The notes under the pieces are model-generated. The model saw only the letters and a list, made by a program, of their open reading frames with translations. It searched no databases and had not been told where the DNA came from. Below, one piece after another: positions 15,426-28,500 of a DNA stretch of 64,000 nt; position 1 is the stretch's first letter, and each line of letters opens with the position of its first letter. This DNA comes from Octopus sinensis. Its lineage: Eukaryota. The DNA lies in contig NC_043004.1 of the NCBI RefSeq assembly GCF_006345805.1, positions 4,340,001 through 4,404,000 of the forward strand, in the 5' to 3' direction. The position numbers were made by a program, and so were the translations under genes.

Positions 15426-18400
15426 ACGTGTGAAGGCTTGTGGCTTAGTGGTTAGAGTGTTCAGCTCATGATCATAAGGTTGTGAGTTCAATTGCTTGCG
15501 GCGCATCTCCTTGAGCAAAACACTTTATTTCACATTGTTCCAGCCCACTCAGCTGGCAAAAATGAGGTGTAGTTGTATTTCAAAAGGGCCAGCCATATCA
15601 CACTTTGTGTCATGCTGAATCTCCCTGAGAATTACATTAAGGGTTTGCGTGTTTGCAGAGTGCTCAGCCATTTGCATGCTAATTTCATGAGCAGGCTGTT
15701 CTGTTGATCAGATTCCTCATTGTTGTCACCGACAGAGTATCAGATGTTCAGAGTATACATTGTTTGCTTTCCAGACATTTTTACATTACTGCATGTACTT
15801 TATATGCACTTTCTGACAAGCTGTGGTGCACCTGAGCAATGTATACAATAATTTCATTATTATTATCATGTATGTGTATATTTACAATTAAAAAAAATAA
15901 TGAGACAACTTACTCAGCACTTCTTTTCTCCGTAAATTGGCTATTTCTTCATACCTCACAATGTAATATTGGTCTTGTTCATCCCTACAACACAGTATTG
16001 ACAAAAATGAGAAATGCAATTTCAGATTGTAACATACTTCAGACTGGATAACTTTTATAAGACATAGCAGATTATAATATGCTTTTAATAAAATATAATC
16101 AAACAACAACAAAAGTTGAATCGTACTCATAATTAAAGAAGTATATTTGATATAGTTATTTATTATTTATTATTACTGTTTTATATCCATTCTTTCTATG
16201 AGATAGTGTTTTTTGGGACCTCTTCGAAACTTCTAGCCACTGTACTTCTCTTTCATGAACTAGGAGTGGAGTTTGTTGGACAATCAGGTAAACTGGAGCA
16301 AATACATTTGTATCATCATCATTTAAAATCCATTTTCCATGCTGGTATGGGTTGGACAGTTTGACAGGATCTAGTGAACAGTAGGGCAGCTTCAGACCAC
16401 AATGTCAGCTTCAGCTTGGTTTCAACAGCTGAATACCCTTCCTAATGCCAAGCAACATACAGTGCTTTTTTCCATGGTACCAGCCCTAGTGAGGTTGCTA
16501 AGTTACTAGCAAGAAAAAGAAAGGAAAAGGCAAAAGCTCCCTCAAGTAAGTGGGAGTGTATTTGAATGGGGGTGAGGGTGGCTTCATACTAAGTATTGAA
16601 GGCTAAAGTATGACAGATGGAGAACAACATTGGCTTAATCATTAAGCAAAATAAGCATGTGCTCAGGGCATCAAGATGTGGGCTGAACCACAGAAAAGGT
16701 AAATGGTTTATGGTACAAAAGAAATCACTTTAAAATTACTAAAATAACACTCAGAATGTCAATTTGTGATATGATATCCTAAAACCACCTTAGTAATGCT
16801 GATATCTTAAAACCACCTCATGAAGGGTGCTGGCACCACATAAAAAGCACCCAATGCACTCTGTAAAGTAGTTGTCATTAGGAAGGGCATCCAGCTGTAT
16901 AAACCAAGCCAAAAAAGACTATGGAAAACGGACACTAAATGTTAATGATGATGTGCAGGTGTTAAACCAGCCTTGAAATATAGCAAGTATTTATAGATGA
17001 TTATAGATGGTTACAATCCTACTCATGAATAACAACTGCATACAATATCAATATGTTTTCCATGCCAGCATGGACTGGATGGTTCAACAGGAGCTGGCAA
17101 ACAAGAGGACTGCACCAAGCTCTAATGTCTACATGGCATGGTTTCAAGGCTGGATGCCCTTCCTAATGCCAACCACTTTTACAGAGTGTACTGGGTGCTT
17201 TTTATATGGCACCAGCAGTAGTGTAGTCACCAAGTAACTTGCAAGACGAGACCCCTCAGCTGAGTGGAGCATAGTATTGAGATAGGTGTCTTTATGCCAG
17301 GTGATGAGAGGATAAAGTATGAAAGAGGAATGGGAAAAGATGTCTTGCAATAGGTGAGATACCTGGTTACCCTAGTTGGAAAAGAGAGAAGATGGTGAAG
17401 ATGATGTGTCAGCATATGTCCTCAAGTTACAGGACGATGAATATGAAAGGAGTGGTAGAGAGGGTTGGTCCAGTTGGCAGGTAGGTAAGTAAATTCGCAA
17501 GAGTGTGTAAGGAGAGTGGATACATTAAAATGAAACGTGATTGCAGTTCTCAATATTCAGCCAAAACAGCATTGTTTCCTTTCTAACTGTAGTTGCACAA
17601 ACTACCACTCAACCATCTCAACTGCATCAAATGTTGATTAGATTTGATGCAACCAAAAAGAAGTCACATGATGAAGACACTGGGCCTCAGTTTGACCCTT
17701 TAGCATTCAGATTACTCTGACAAATGTAATGCATATTTACTCACATTGCTTTTAATTAATCATGCATATCAAATGGCTTTGAGATTACAATGATGTGATT
17801 ATTTATCTTTAGAATGACATTGTAGGGTAGGTGCAAGAGGTTGGAGTTGGCCAGTCTGAACATAAAACAAGTAGAATATTAGGACCAGACATGACCAGTT
17901 TAAATGTTAAAGAGTTAAAGTCTACTGTTGACCAGAGCCTGCAATCTCCATACTGTATCGGCTTCAAATTCATGACATTTCTTAAACACAGATAGCAGAG
18001 GCTCATAAACATATGGTGTAACAATGACATGCCATGTGTCTGAGTATTATGCAATGTCTAAACACATACACTGCCAGATACACATTGACATATAGACATA
18101 CATAGACACACAGATACACTTACATGTTGACGGACAGATGCAAATACAGGTAGATAGACACATAAACATAGATAAGCAGATGAAACACAGACACACATAT
18201 ACATAGACAAACCTCTCTTCCTCCACCACAGACCTTCTGATAAATACTGTATGTTAAGATGAAAACCACATGAGACAATGAAATATAAGATTAAATAGAG
18301 CAGACAAACTACTTACTTCTCTTTCTCAATGGCTTCCATTAATTCCTCTTGTTTTCTGGCTTTTTCATTCATTTGCATGAGGTTATTGAGTAACCTGTTG

Positions 18401-21400
18401 GTCCTCTCTTCAACTGGAACACAACAGAAGGTTTTTAAACCACAACATATAAACAATAACACCTGATAGTCTTTGACAGTGTATATAATAACATTGAGTA
18501 TATACAATAATAACGGCAAAACAGTAAATAAGTTTTTCTATAACCTTCTGTTGATATCTCACAAAGTTTTCTATGAAATGTCATCACCAAGCTCTGAGGA
18601 AAACATTTACAAACCTGCAATATCATCATAAACTGCTACAAAGGCAGAGGGGATGTGTCAGAGAGAGGAAATTATAGGGAAATCAAAATACTGCATCAGA
18701 CTATAATGGTCATGTAGAGAGTTGTCAAGTCACAGCACAATTGATCTGTGGCCAAGAAGAGATGCAGTTTAGCCTCATGTGCAAAAGAACTACCAAGGAT
18801 GCAATCTTCCCAGTGAGGCAGCAGCAGGAGAAATACTTGGCTGAAAGTAAACTACCATTCCTCAAATTTGTTGACTTGGTGAAGGCATTTGACATTGTAC
18901 TGTGTTCAGTAATTTGGTGGTCACTAAAGAAGCTCGTGTTGACAAATGGTTTGTGAGGTTTGTACAAGCTATGTACAAAGATGCAATAAGTAAAGTGAGA
19001 GTCAACAAAAAATGCAGTGAGAAATTTAGGGTGAAGGTAAGGGTCCATCAAGGTTAATTCAATAAACCAACTTACTGTCCTCTAGACATGTGACCAAATT
19101 CTGCCGGTCAAGTTCCTTTTTGTTGCTGAGTTCTGCCAGGTCTTCATTAAGTTTGATCTGTTCCTTGAAGGAGGAGAAAGTGATAAAGAAAGCTTTGAAT
19201 TTTCTGAAAAATACATAGCATGGACTTCGTTGATTTGTCATAAGGTGACATAATTCAAGTTGGACTGTTTTACAACCATGTGGTTCCAGGTTTAGACCCA
19301 CTGCAAAGCACCTTGTACAAGTGTATTCTATTACAGTTCTGGGTCAACGAAAGCCTTGTAAGTGGGTGTGATAAACAGTCCACTCTGTAAGGTGGTTGGT
19401 ATTGGGAAGAGTATCTAGCTGTAAAAATCCTGCCAAAACACACAGTGAAACCTGGTGCAGTCTTCTGCTTAGCCAGCCTTTGTTAAACCATCAAACCCAT
19501 GCCAGCAAGAAAAAATGATGATGATGATAAAGCACACATCTGTATATGTACAGTTGTCTAGACTATACATATGCAATTAGATGAATGGTGCAGGTGTGGC
19601 TGTGTGGTAAGAAATTCGCTTCCCAACCACATGGTTCAAGGTTCAGTCCCACTGTGTGGCACCTTGGGCAAGTGTCTTCTATTACAGGCTTGGGCCAATC
19701 AAAGCCTCTAGATTGTATTTGGTAGATAGAAACTGAAAAAAGCCTGTCATATATATATATATATATATATATATTAATGTCTTTGTGTCTGTGTTTGTTC
19801 CCCCATCAGTGCTTGACAACTGGCGTTGGTATGCTTATGTTCCTCTAACTTAGCAGTTCATCAAAAGAGACTGATAGAATAAGTACTAGGCTTTAAAAAA
19901 ATAAGTTCAGGGGTCAATTTGTTCAACTAAAAAAAAGCCCTTCAAGGCGATGCTCCCACATGGCTGCAGTCAAATGACTGAAATGAGTAAAAGAATAAAA
20001 GAATGACCATTTAAGAAATGTTAAGGACAAATGAGACCTACTTGTGCAATAGTTGATACTAAATGGTCTTTCTCTTTTAGTGCTGAAGCTGCCATCTTGG
20101 CATATTTCTTCTCGTCCTCCTCATACTGGCGATTAAATGCCATTCGTTCTTGACGTTTCTTTTCCTGTAGCAAAGAGAAAATTCATCAATGTCATTTTTA
20201 GTGTTTGTCCTTTCACAAAATATCAAAATTTATTGAACATATTCAATAGATGTATACAAGAGTGAGGATTAGATGACTATAGATGGGTACCCTGATGTAG
20301 AGCAGAGCATTGAATGAAGGGGATAGTTTAGGTTACTGGTGGGAAGTGTGTATAACAGACAAATCAGGATATATTGGGTCATACCATAAGTGATGCAGTT
20401 TTTTTATACTTCTTTTATTTTGCAAAATTAAGATAAACAAAGTTCTTTTTTAATCTAAAATATACTCTCCTTCATTTTCTACAATGCTCTTCCATCTATC
20501 CAATAGACCTGCAAGGCACCTTTTCCAAAGTTAACTTGTCCGTGATGGAAAATACTCTTCCAATACTGTTCTGACCTTGTCTACAGAATTCATATTTTTC
20601 CCGTTGAAATGATTTTGAAGACTGCAGGATAAATGATAATCAGATGGGGCAATGTCCAGTGAATATAGTGGGTGGGGCATTGTTTTTCACTCAAACTGCT
20701 CCAGTCTTTGGAATGTCATCTTCGCTGTATGTGGCTGAGCATTATCCTAATGAAAGAACACCTTTCATCTTGAAACCAAAGATGGTCGTTTTTCTTCTAG
20801 TGCTGACTTAAGCTGCTTAAGTTACTCACAGTAGATCTCCTTTGTTATTTGGCTTGGGTTTAAAAGTTCAAAGTGGACTAAATCTTTCATATTTCACCAG
20901 ATAACAACACCTTACGTGGGTGAAGACCTTCTTTAACCTGGGGTGTTGGTGCTTTTTCTTTCCCTACACACTGTCTTTGGCACTTGACATTTTTATAGAG
21001 AACACATTTCTCGTCACCAGTTACTATTCAGTCCAAAAAAGGTTCATTCTTGAGACGCAACAACAAAGAAGAGCACACATTCACTCTCTATGCATGATTA
21101 GACTTGGGAAGTTTGTAAGGAACCCATTGACCTAATTTGCTGACTTTTCTGATGGCACACAGGTGTCAATGAATGGTTGAATGACCAAATCGAAGATTCT
21201 CTGCTAGTTCCTCAACAGTTATAATGGGATTTTGTTCCACGAGAGTTTGCAGGACATTCTCATCAAGCTCTATAGATCTTCCAGGACGAGGCTTGTGTTC
21301 TGGGCTGTAGTTTCCAGTTCAAAATTTCTGGAACCACCATTGACTCTGGCTTACACTTATTGTCCAATCTCCATATACTGCATTAATATTCCTTGCACTT

Positions 21401-24400
21401 CCCATTGCGCTGTTGCCTTTATTGAACTCATAAAGCAAAATATGCTGAATATGCTCCTTTGTCACTTCCATTATAGCTTTGAAAAAAATAACTGCTAAAA
21501 TCGAACAGCATGCTTCAAAACTTGCACTAAGAATAAGGGAAAAGTAAAATTACTACCTAATTTTATAACAAGTTGATGTAGGTAGTTTGTCCCATTCCCC
21601 TTCAACTTTTAGTTCATGAAATTGAAACAAACACATTATTTATGGGACGACCTAATAGTTAGGAGACTCCTGACAAAATTGCTGAAAGGCTGTACTGAAG
21701 ACCTAAGAAAAATGTTGCTGCTAACAATCTTTCCTTTATTGGCTACAAGGGCTGAACTTTTGCTAACAATAATAATGAAAATAGTGTGATGATTATGATG
21801 AGCATCACCGTTGTTGTCTTCATCATCTTTATGTGATTAGTGAAACAAAGAAGATAAAGTTAACAGACATGGGGCTGCATGGTTAAAAAGCTCACTTTGC
21901 AACCACAAGGTTTCAGGTTCAGCCCCACTACATGATACTTAGGGCAAGTGTCTTGTATAGTCCTAGACAGACCAATGTCTAGTGCAGGGCTAGCCAACCT
22001 GAGGCCTGCGAGCTGCAGACTTTTATCTTGCGGCCCGCTTGATACTTTCTTGAAATGGGTTTATTTAAACAAACATTTTAAAAATTTAATCAAAAATTGA
22101 AGATTGTAACGAAAAGTAAAAAAGAAAGATACTACAGGTGCAAGAGTGGCTGTGTGGTAAGTAGCTTGCTTACCAACCACATGGTTCTGGTTCATTCCCA
22201 CTGTGCGGCACCTTGGGCCTTCTACTATAGCCTTGGGCAGACCAAAGCCTTGTGAGTGGATTTGGTAGACGGAAACTGGACGAAGCCCGTCGTATATATG
22301 TATGTATATATGTAAGTAAATAGAATATGTACCAGACTTGAAACTTAGTGTTTCAGCCAAAAGAGAGCAGCAGGATCCACAGGTCACTCAAGGAAAGGCC
22401 CAGAATCTGGTCAAGACCACGTTGGAGACCAACTCCAAGGACTTCCTGACAGATGCTGCCTTCATAAGTGAGCAAGTGTTAGTGGACTTGTTCATCAAGT
22501 TTAACACAGCCAACCCCTCCAGTGCTGCAGTGGAGCGTTTGCTCTCTGTGGGTAAGGACATCTTGAGGGTCAAGAGGGTCTGGTGAAAAACTTTGACATG
22601 CTAATTTTCATGAAGAGCAACATGCATCTCATGAACAAAATGGAGAATGAGAAGAGAAAAAATTAAATTATGTAGATATTGTGTTTTTCAAATTTAAAAA
22701 AAAATTTTAGTTTAATACTAATAGTGATTTATTTGAGTTTCTTTTTTTACCCTTTTCTGACTCTAAAAGCCTGTAAAAACCTAAAAAGGGGCCCAAACTA
22801 TGAAATTAGCCTTTTTTAGGTCTTTTAAAAGTTAAAACTATAAAATCAGCATTTTAAACTCTAAGACAAAACAAAACAATAATTTTTGGGTTCTAAAGCT
22901 CTTAAAAACACCAAAAAAAGGCTGATTTTATAGTTTTGGCACTTTTTAAAGGTGTTTTTAGAGCAAAAACTCATTTTTTGTTTTTTTTCTATAATAAAAA
23001 TTAATGATAACAGTTTATCGATAACTTCCATTACATTTTTAAAGAATTAACAGTTATTGTAGTTAACTTTTTGGTTAATGGTTTAATGGTTAACAAAGTT
23101 AAATTTTCAATTAACAGTGCCCACCTTTGCTCTTAGATACATTATCTAAAGTGTCCTTCTTTTTTCAAACAATATGATGTGGCTTGAGAGTGAGAGATTT
23201 GTCCGCCATATCTACCAAGTCTAGTCATCACGTAGATGACCAAACTCACCCACTCACATCAGCTTGTCATTCAGTAAGTGATTCAGTTATCAGTGGCTCG
23301 TAAATAATACAAATAGAAGTAACTTTTTACTCACCTGTAAGTTAGCATATTTCTCAATATCTTGCTGTAAGTAAAAGAAACCACAGAATGAGATGAATTC
23401 AAGCAATGTCAAGAAGATGGAACAAGTCTCTACTAATATTATAAGTTTAATACAAAAAAACATACATCAAAGTTAATAAATGATCAACAGTTATTTATCC
23501 AATGCAAAATGTAGGAGAGACAGCATCAGCAGCTAAACCGTTTATGATAAGAAAAAAATATAAATTGGCGACTAGACAGAGTGTAGAAATGGCTGTGTTG
23601 TTCAGAAATTCACATATGAAGTGAAATATTAAAAGACAGAAATGAAATTGAGTTGCAGAATCTAGTACAGAAACACGGTGCTACTCAATGGTGCTTAAAA
23701 TATATATTTGTTTTACCAACTGATTTATGCCTCAGCTTAACACAAGCACAAAACATATGTCTAATATATAGAAAGTATATTCAGATGTTGAATTTTGACA
23801 AACAAATGAGGAAAATGGAAAATAGAGAGAGAGGTGTGAGTACATACAGAATATGTGTGTATTACAGTTCTATATTTAAGAGATGAGGAATTATGTATAT
23901 TATTTACATTTGACAGATATTTGTCCTCATCTTGTTTGCTGTTAATATGTTTTGGCTGATATACCGTCCAGCCTTCATCAGGTGTCTTGGGGAAATTTCG
24001 AACCTGGTTTCTTATTCCTAACATATTTTTTGATGTAATTATTATTTTTATTATTAACGTTGTGTTAACAGCAAACAAGATGACAAATATCCATCAAATG
24101 TATATAATGTATGTGTGTATTATTTATTTATTTTATATAGCATTTTGAGAACAACAACATTGTTGGGTACATGTTTCCAGTGGATCAATCACTGCTTCTC
24201 TGAATTTACAACATATCACAAAAGTAACAAGGATTGGCAATGTAACTCTGGTAAAACAAAAGCGAAAAAGGCATTTTTGTTCAAAGGCATCAGTTTGTGT
24301 CTTCTTTTTGTAATGTTTGTATTTTTTGCTTTAAAATATGCTCATATATACCCATATACATTTATAATACACACACACACACACAAATCAAGAGAACTTA

Positions 24401-25466
24401 AATACTGACCATCATCAATGCATCTTCTTGTAAAAGTTTTACAGAATGGTCACTAAATGTACTGGACATTTGGTGTTTCTTTTCTGAGGAATCCAACACT
24501 TGGAGTAGAAACTGTGATGGAGGTATGTATTCTTCTCCAGATTCTGATGAAAGTGGAAATAACAGATTAGGTTAGATAATATTTCAAGAGGAATAGATAT
24601 TCTCACTTCAACCCTAAATTTGTTTCAATTAATTTTGAAAATAATGAAGAATTTAGTAAACTAACCTTGTCATTGGTGTTTGGAACATAAATTAACATTG
24701 AAGGCTCTAATTTATACCACTTAAAGAGTATTATCATACAACCATGAGGTGATCTGCTGGTATCAAAAAGATTAAGCAATACATTTCTCTATATGATATT
24801 TAAAGGGCACCTTTTTGGCTAGCAGTTGTTCTCATAGTGACAGCAGCTTCTATTTTGCAGTTAATCCTGTAGTTTCTTTTCAAAATCATTCTGGTAACTA
24901 TGACCACTTCTACAAACACAGTCTCTCACATGTTAACCACTCATCTTATTAAGACGAGTATGACACTGTTGCTCTCATATAGCAAATGCTAACAAAATTA
25001 ATTATAAACTAGTACTGAAAACAGTAGAAAGAGTTCAAATCTTTGTTTGCATGATAAAAGAATTTACTATTAATGAGCCAAGAGGTGGGCTGTGACACTG
25101 CATCTCCTTGTCTATATCAATTCTTTATTTGAAATTATAAACTGAAATTTAGAAAAAGAAAATGAGAAAAAAAAAATGAAGATTAGTCTCACCTGAGCAA
25201 AGGAATTTCATAATTGCTTCAGTACCTTGGGAACAAACCTCTGTAAAATGAAATAAAAAATAATGATAATAATGATAATAATCCTTTCTACTATAGGCAC
25301 AAGACCTGAAATTTGGAGGGAGGAGACTAGTCAATTACATCAACCCCAGTGCATAACTGGCACTTATTTCATCGACCCTGAAAAGACGAAAGGTAAAGTC
25401 AACCCCCATGGAATACCACTAAGCATTTTGCCTGGCGTGCTAATGATTCTACAAACTCACTGCCTC

Positions 25467-25506
<40 letters not shown>

Positions 25507-28500
25507 GTAATAGTAATACTAATACTACTACTACTACTACTAATAATAATAATAATAATAACAATAATAATAATAATAATAATAATAATAAACGCCCTGA
25601 TGCAGTACCATGCAGTAGCTTTCATGGCTTCTGATCTTAAATGATTGGAAGTGTTATCATGTACATTATTTTGTCTTGGTATAAAAGATGGGCTATAGCA
25701 AATACTCTGCTCAATACTACAGATTTGCTTGTCAGTTGTTTGACCATAACCAGTTGAGCATGTCCCTTAGTGGCTGACGATATGTGCATCTCTGATCTAG
25801 AGCAGAAGTAGTGGGGGAGGCATCATAGCCATGTGTTGAGAGGAATTCTTTGGGGTTTGAATAATTCACCTCTGGAAACATGCATGTTTTGTTCATCATC
25901 CTCAAACAACCCTTATTCAGGGACCTTTTGAATGGGATGGGCTACTCAACCTGAAGATAATTCTAACTGGGTCCCATCTGCAAGGTTATGCGCCATTAAT
26001 CTTGATATGAGATAGCCATGTCGCACATATGTGGCTGTGATGCATGTGCCTGGTGTACCCTTATCAGACGGGTAGTCATGATGGGTATACTGGGCTTCGT
26101 ATAGTTTACTCCAGTTTCACTTTGATGGCATGCACTGCTCTCTCACTCAATAATAATAATGAGAAGAAGAAGAAGAAGAAGAAGAAGAAGAAGAAGAAGA
26201 AGAAGAAGAAGAAGAAGAAGAAGAAGAAGAAGAAGAAGAAGAAGAAGAAGAAGAAGAAGAAGAAGAAGAAGAAGAAGAAGAAGAAGAAGCTGGTGGTGGT
26301 GGTGATGGTGACAGTGATGATGATGATGATGATGATGATTTCCTAACGTTGGATAAGGTAATGTATTTTCTGGGAACGAACAGTAAATGAAATCAATCTC
26401 AACATTTGGCTGGTTCTTATTTCATTGATCCTAAAAGGATGTAGTTGATGTCTTACCTGCAGGTGGATGGACCATATTTGCGGCATCCACAAGCAAGTTC
26501 TCTAAAGCACGCAATTTCCACAATTCAGTTGGCAGATTAGTTAATTGGTTGTTGGAGAGGTCAAGAGTTCGGAGGGACGATAAATTGCATAGACTGGTGG
26601 GGATTTCTTTTAATTTATTTCCTGCAATACATAAGAAAACATGCATTTGTTAGAACCATTGACCTAACCAGCAGAAAAACAATACAACATACAATATAAT
26701 CAATACAGATGCTAACAACTAACTTAGCAATGAGCCTAAAGACTTAGCAATGATAGAGACACTAATTAAATTTTTCACAAATCACACCCTGCCATCTTAA
26801 AAAAAAAATGTATCACATAAAAAAGAATATGTATACTCTTTACTCTTACTCTTTTACTTGTTTCAGTCATTTGACTGTGGCCATGCTGGAGCACCGCCTT
26901 TAGTCAAGCATATTGACCCCAGGACTTATTCTTTGTAAGCCTAGTACTTATTCTATCGGTCTCTTTTGCCAAACCGCTATGTTATGGGGATGTAAACACA
27001 CCAGCATCGGTTGTCAAGCGATGTTGGGGGACAAACACACATATATATACATAGAAGGGGCTTCTTTCAGTTTCCATTTACCAAATCCACTCATAAGGCT
27101 TTGGTCGGCCCAAGGCTATAGTAGAAGACACTTGCCCAAGGTACCATGCAGTGGGACTGAACCGGGAACCATGTGGTCGGTAAGGAAGCTACTTACCACA
27201 CAGCCACTCCTATGCCTATATATAACAATATTCCTTTAATATATTTGTGTTTTAATAATAAATCCATATATACAGCAGTAACATCTATATAAACATATAA
27301 AACAGAGTGTTTCATGCAACAACACACACACATGTGAGTATATTCAGAAGCATATTCATCATATCACACAATATACACATTCATAAAAATACATACACCC
27401 ATGTTTGAGTACACATCTACAAACACACCACATACATCAACTCTTTACCGCAAACATAGTTTTCTCTAAAACTCTTAATAAGTAATATTATGTTAAACTC
27501 TTTACAGCTGTTTCTGAGGTAGGTGTTCACTAGTTGTAGTTTTGCGCATTGTATTTACATAAGCATAAGGTACATTGGTGCAAGTTACTGTATATGAACA
27601 ACATAAATCAATGAAAATTTTTTAATCACAAAACAAAAATAAAAAAATTAATAACAACCAACAAGAAAAATTACCTTGAGATTTAAAGACTGTAAAAACT
27701 TTAAATTTCCAATGGACTCTGGGATTTTCTTCAACTTGTTGCCTTCTAAATTTAAAACCTAGAAGAGAGTGAGAAAGAAATATGATTTAGTAGATTATTT
27801 CAGAGCAAGACCAAATAAATAAATGAAATTCTATGCTCTATGGTGTGTTCAGGTCTGCCTCAAAGCAACAGAGTCAACCATTATACAGCAGAAGTTCTTT
27901 TTCAGATTTTCTTTCAAGTTAGATTTCTATATAATGCTACCATAGCTTTATGTATATGTAGCTTCAGGTGATGAGATGGCAGAATCTATAGCATGCTGGG
28001 AAAAAATGCTTAGTGGCATTTTGTCTGTATTTATGTTCTGATTTCAAATTCTGCTGAGGTTGACTTTGTCTTTCAACCTTTCAGGGTTGATAAAATAAGT
28101 ACCAGTTGAACATTGGAGTCGATGTAATTGACTTAAGCCCTCCACTGCGCTTGCTGGCCTTGTGCCAAATTTTGAAGCTAATATGTATAAGTAGCTTAAT
28201 TTCTGCCTTTGTAATTAAGCAACTAAGTAAATGAAAAAAATTGCTGATTATATCAAGTTTCCCAATAATGAGGCCATTTTTCTAGCACTAACACACAAAC
28301 CAATGCCAACTGCAGCACCTTCCAGACTGTGAAGTATGGTATTAGCCTCAGCATTTGTATCTCACATTAAGACTAATTCATGAGCATATTTATTCTGCAT
28401 CTGTTATTGTGAAGGCTGGATATCTGGAACTTCTTGATTTTGTGAGGGTAAAGCCATATTCCTTGTATTCTACTGAGCTGCAGAGGACAGTTAAGAGAAT

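Noticed and set aside
26050-26135. Twister or HDV ribozyme assignment for the structured end of the 560-bp element
   Set aside because: Only partial motif matches (GAAGCCC, P3-like hairpin); conserved catalytic positions could not be placed
26044-26346. 100-aa poly-Lys ORF
   Set aside because: Translation of the (GAA)n microsatellite; the same applies to the poly-N, poly-IY and poly-I ORFs elsewhere
27490-27560. GAAAC-AGCT-GTA on the minus strand, like the 3' half of the family 3 hammerhead
   Set aside because: No CUGANGA, stem II or stem I partner upstream
26622-27674. Micro-exon that would fix the exon 6/7 frame
   Set aside because: Candidate AG...GT pairs gave 2, 8, 15 or 17 nt, none of length 3n+1
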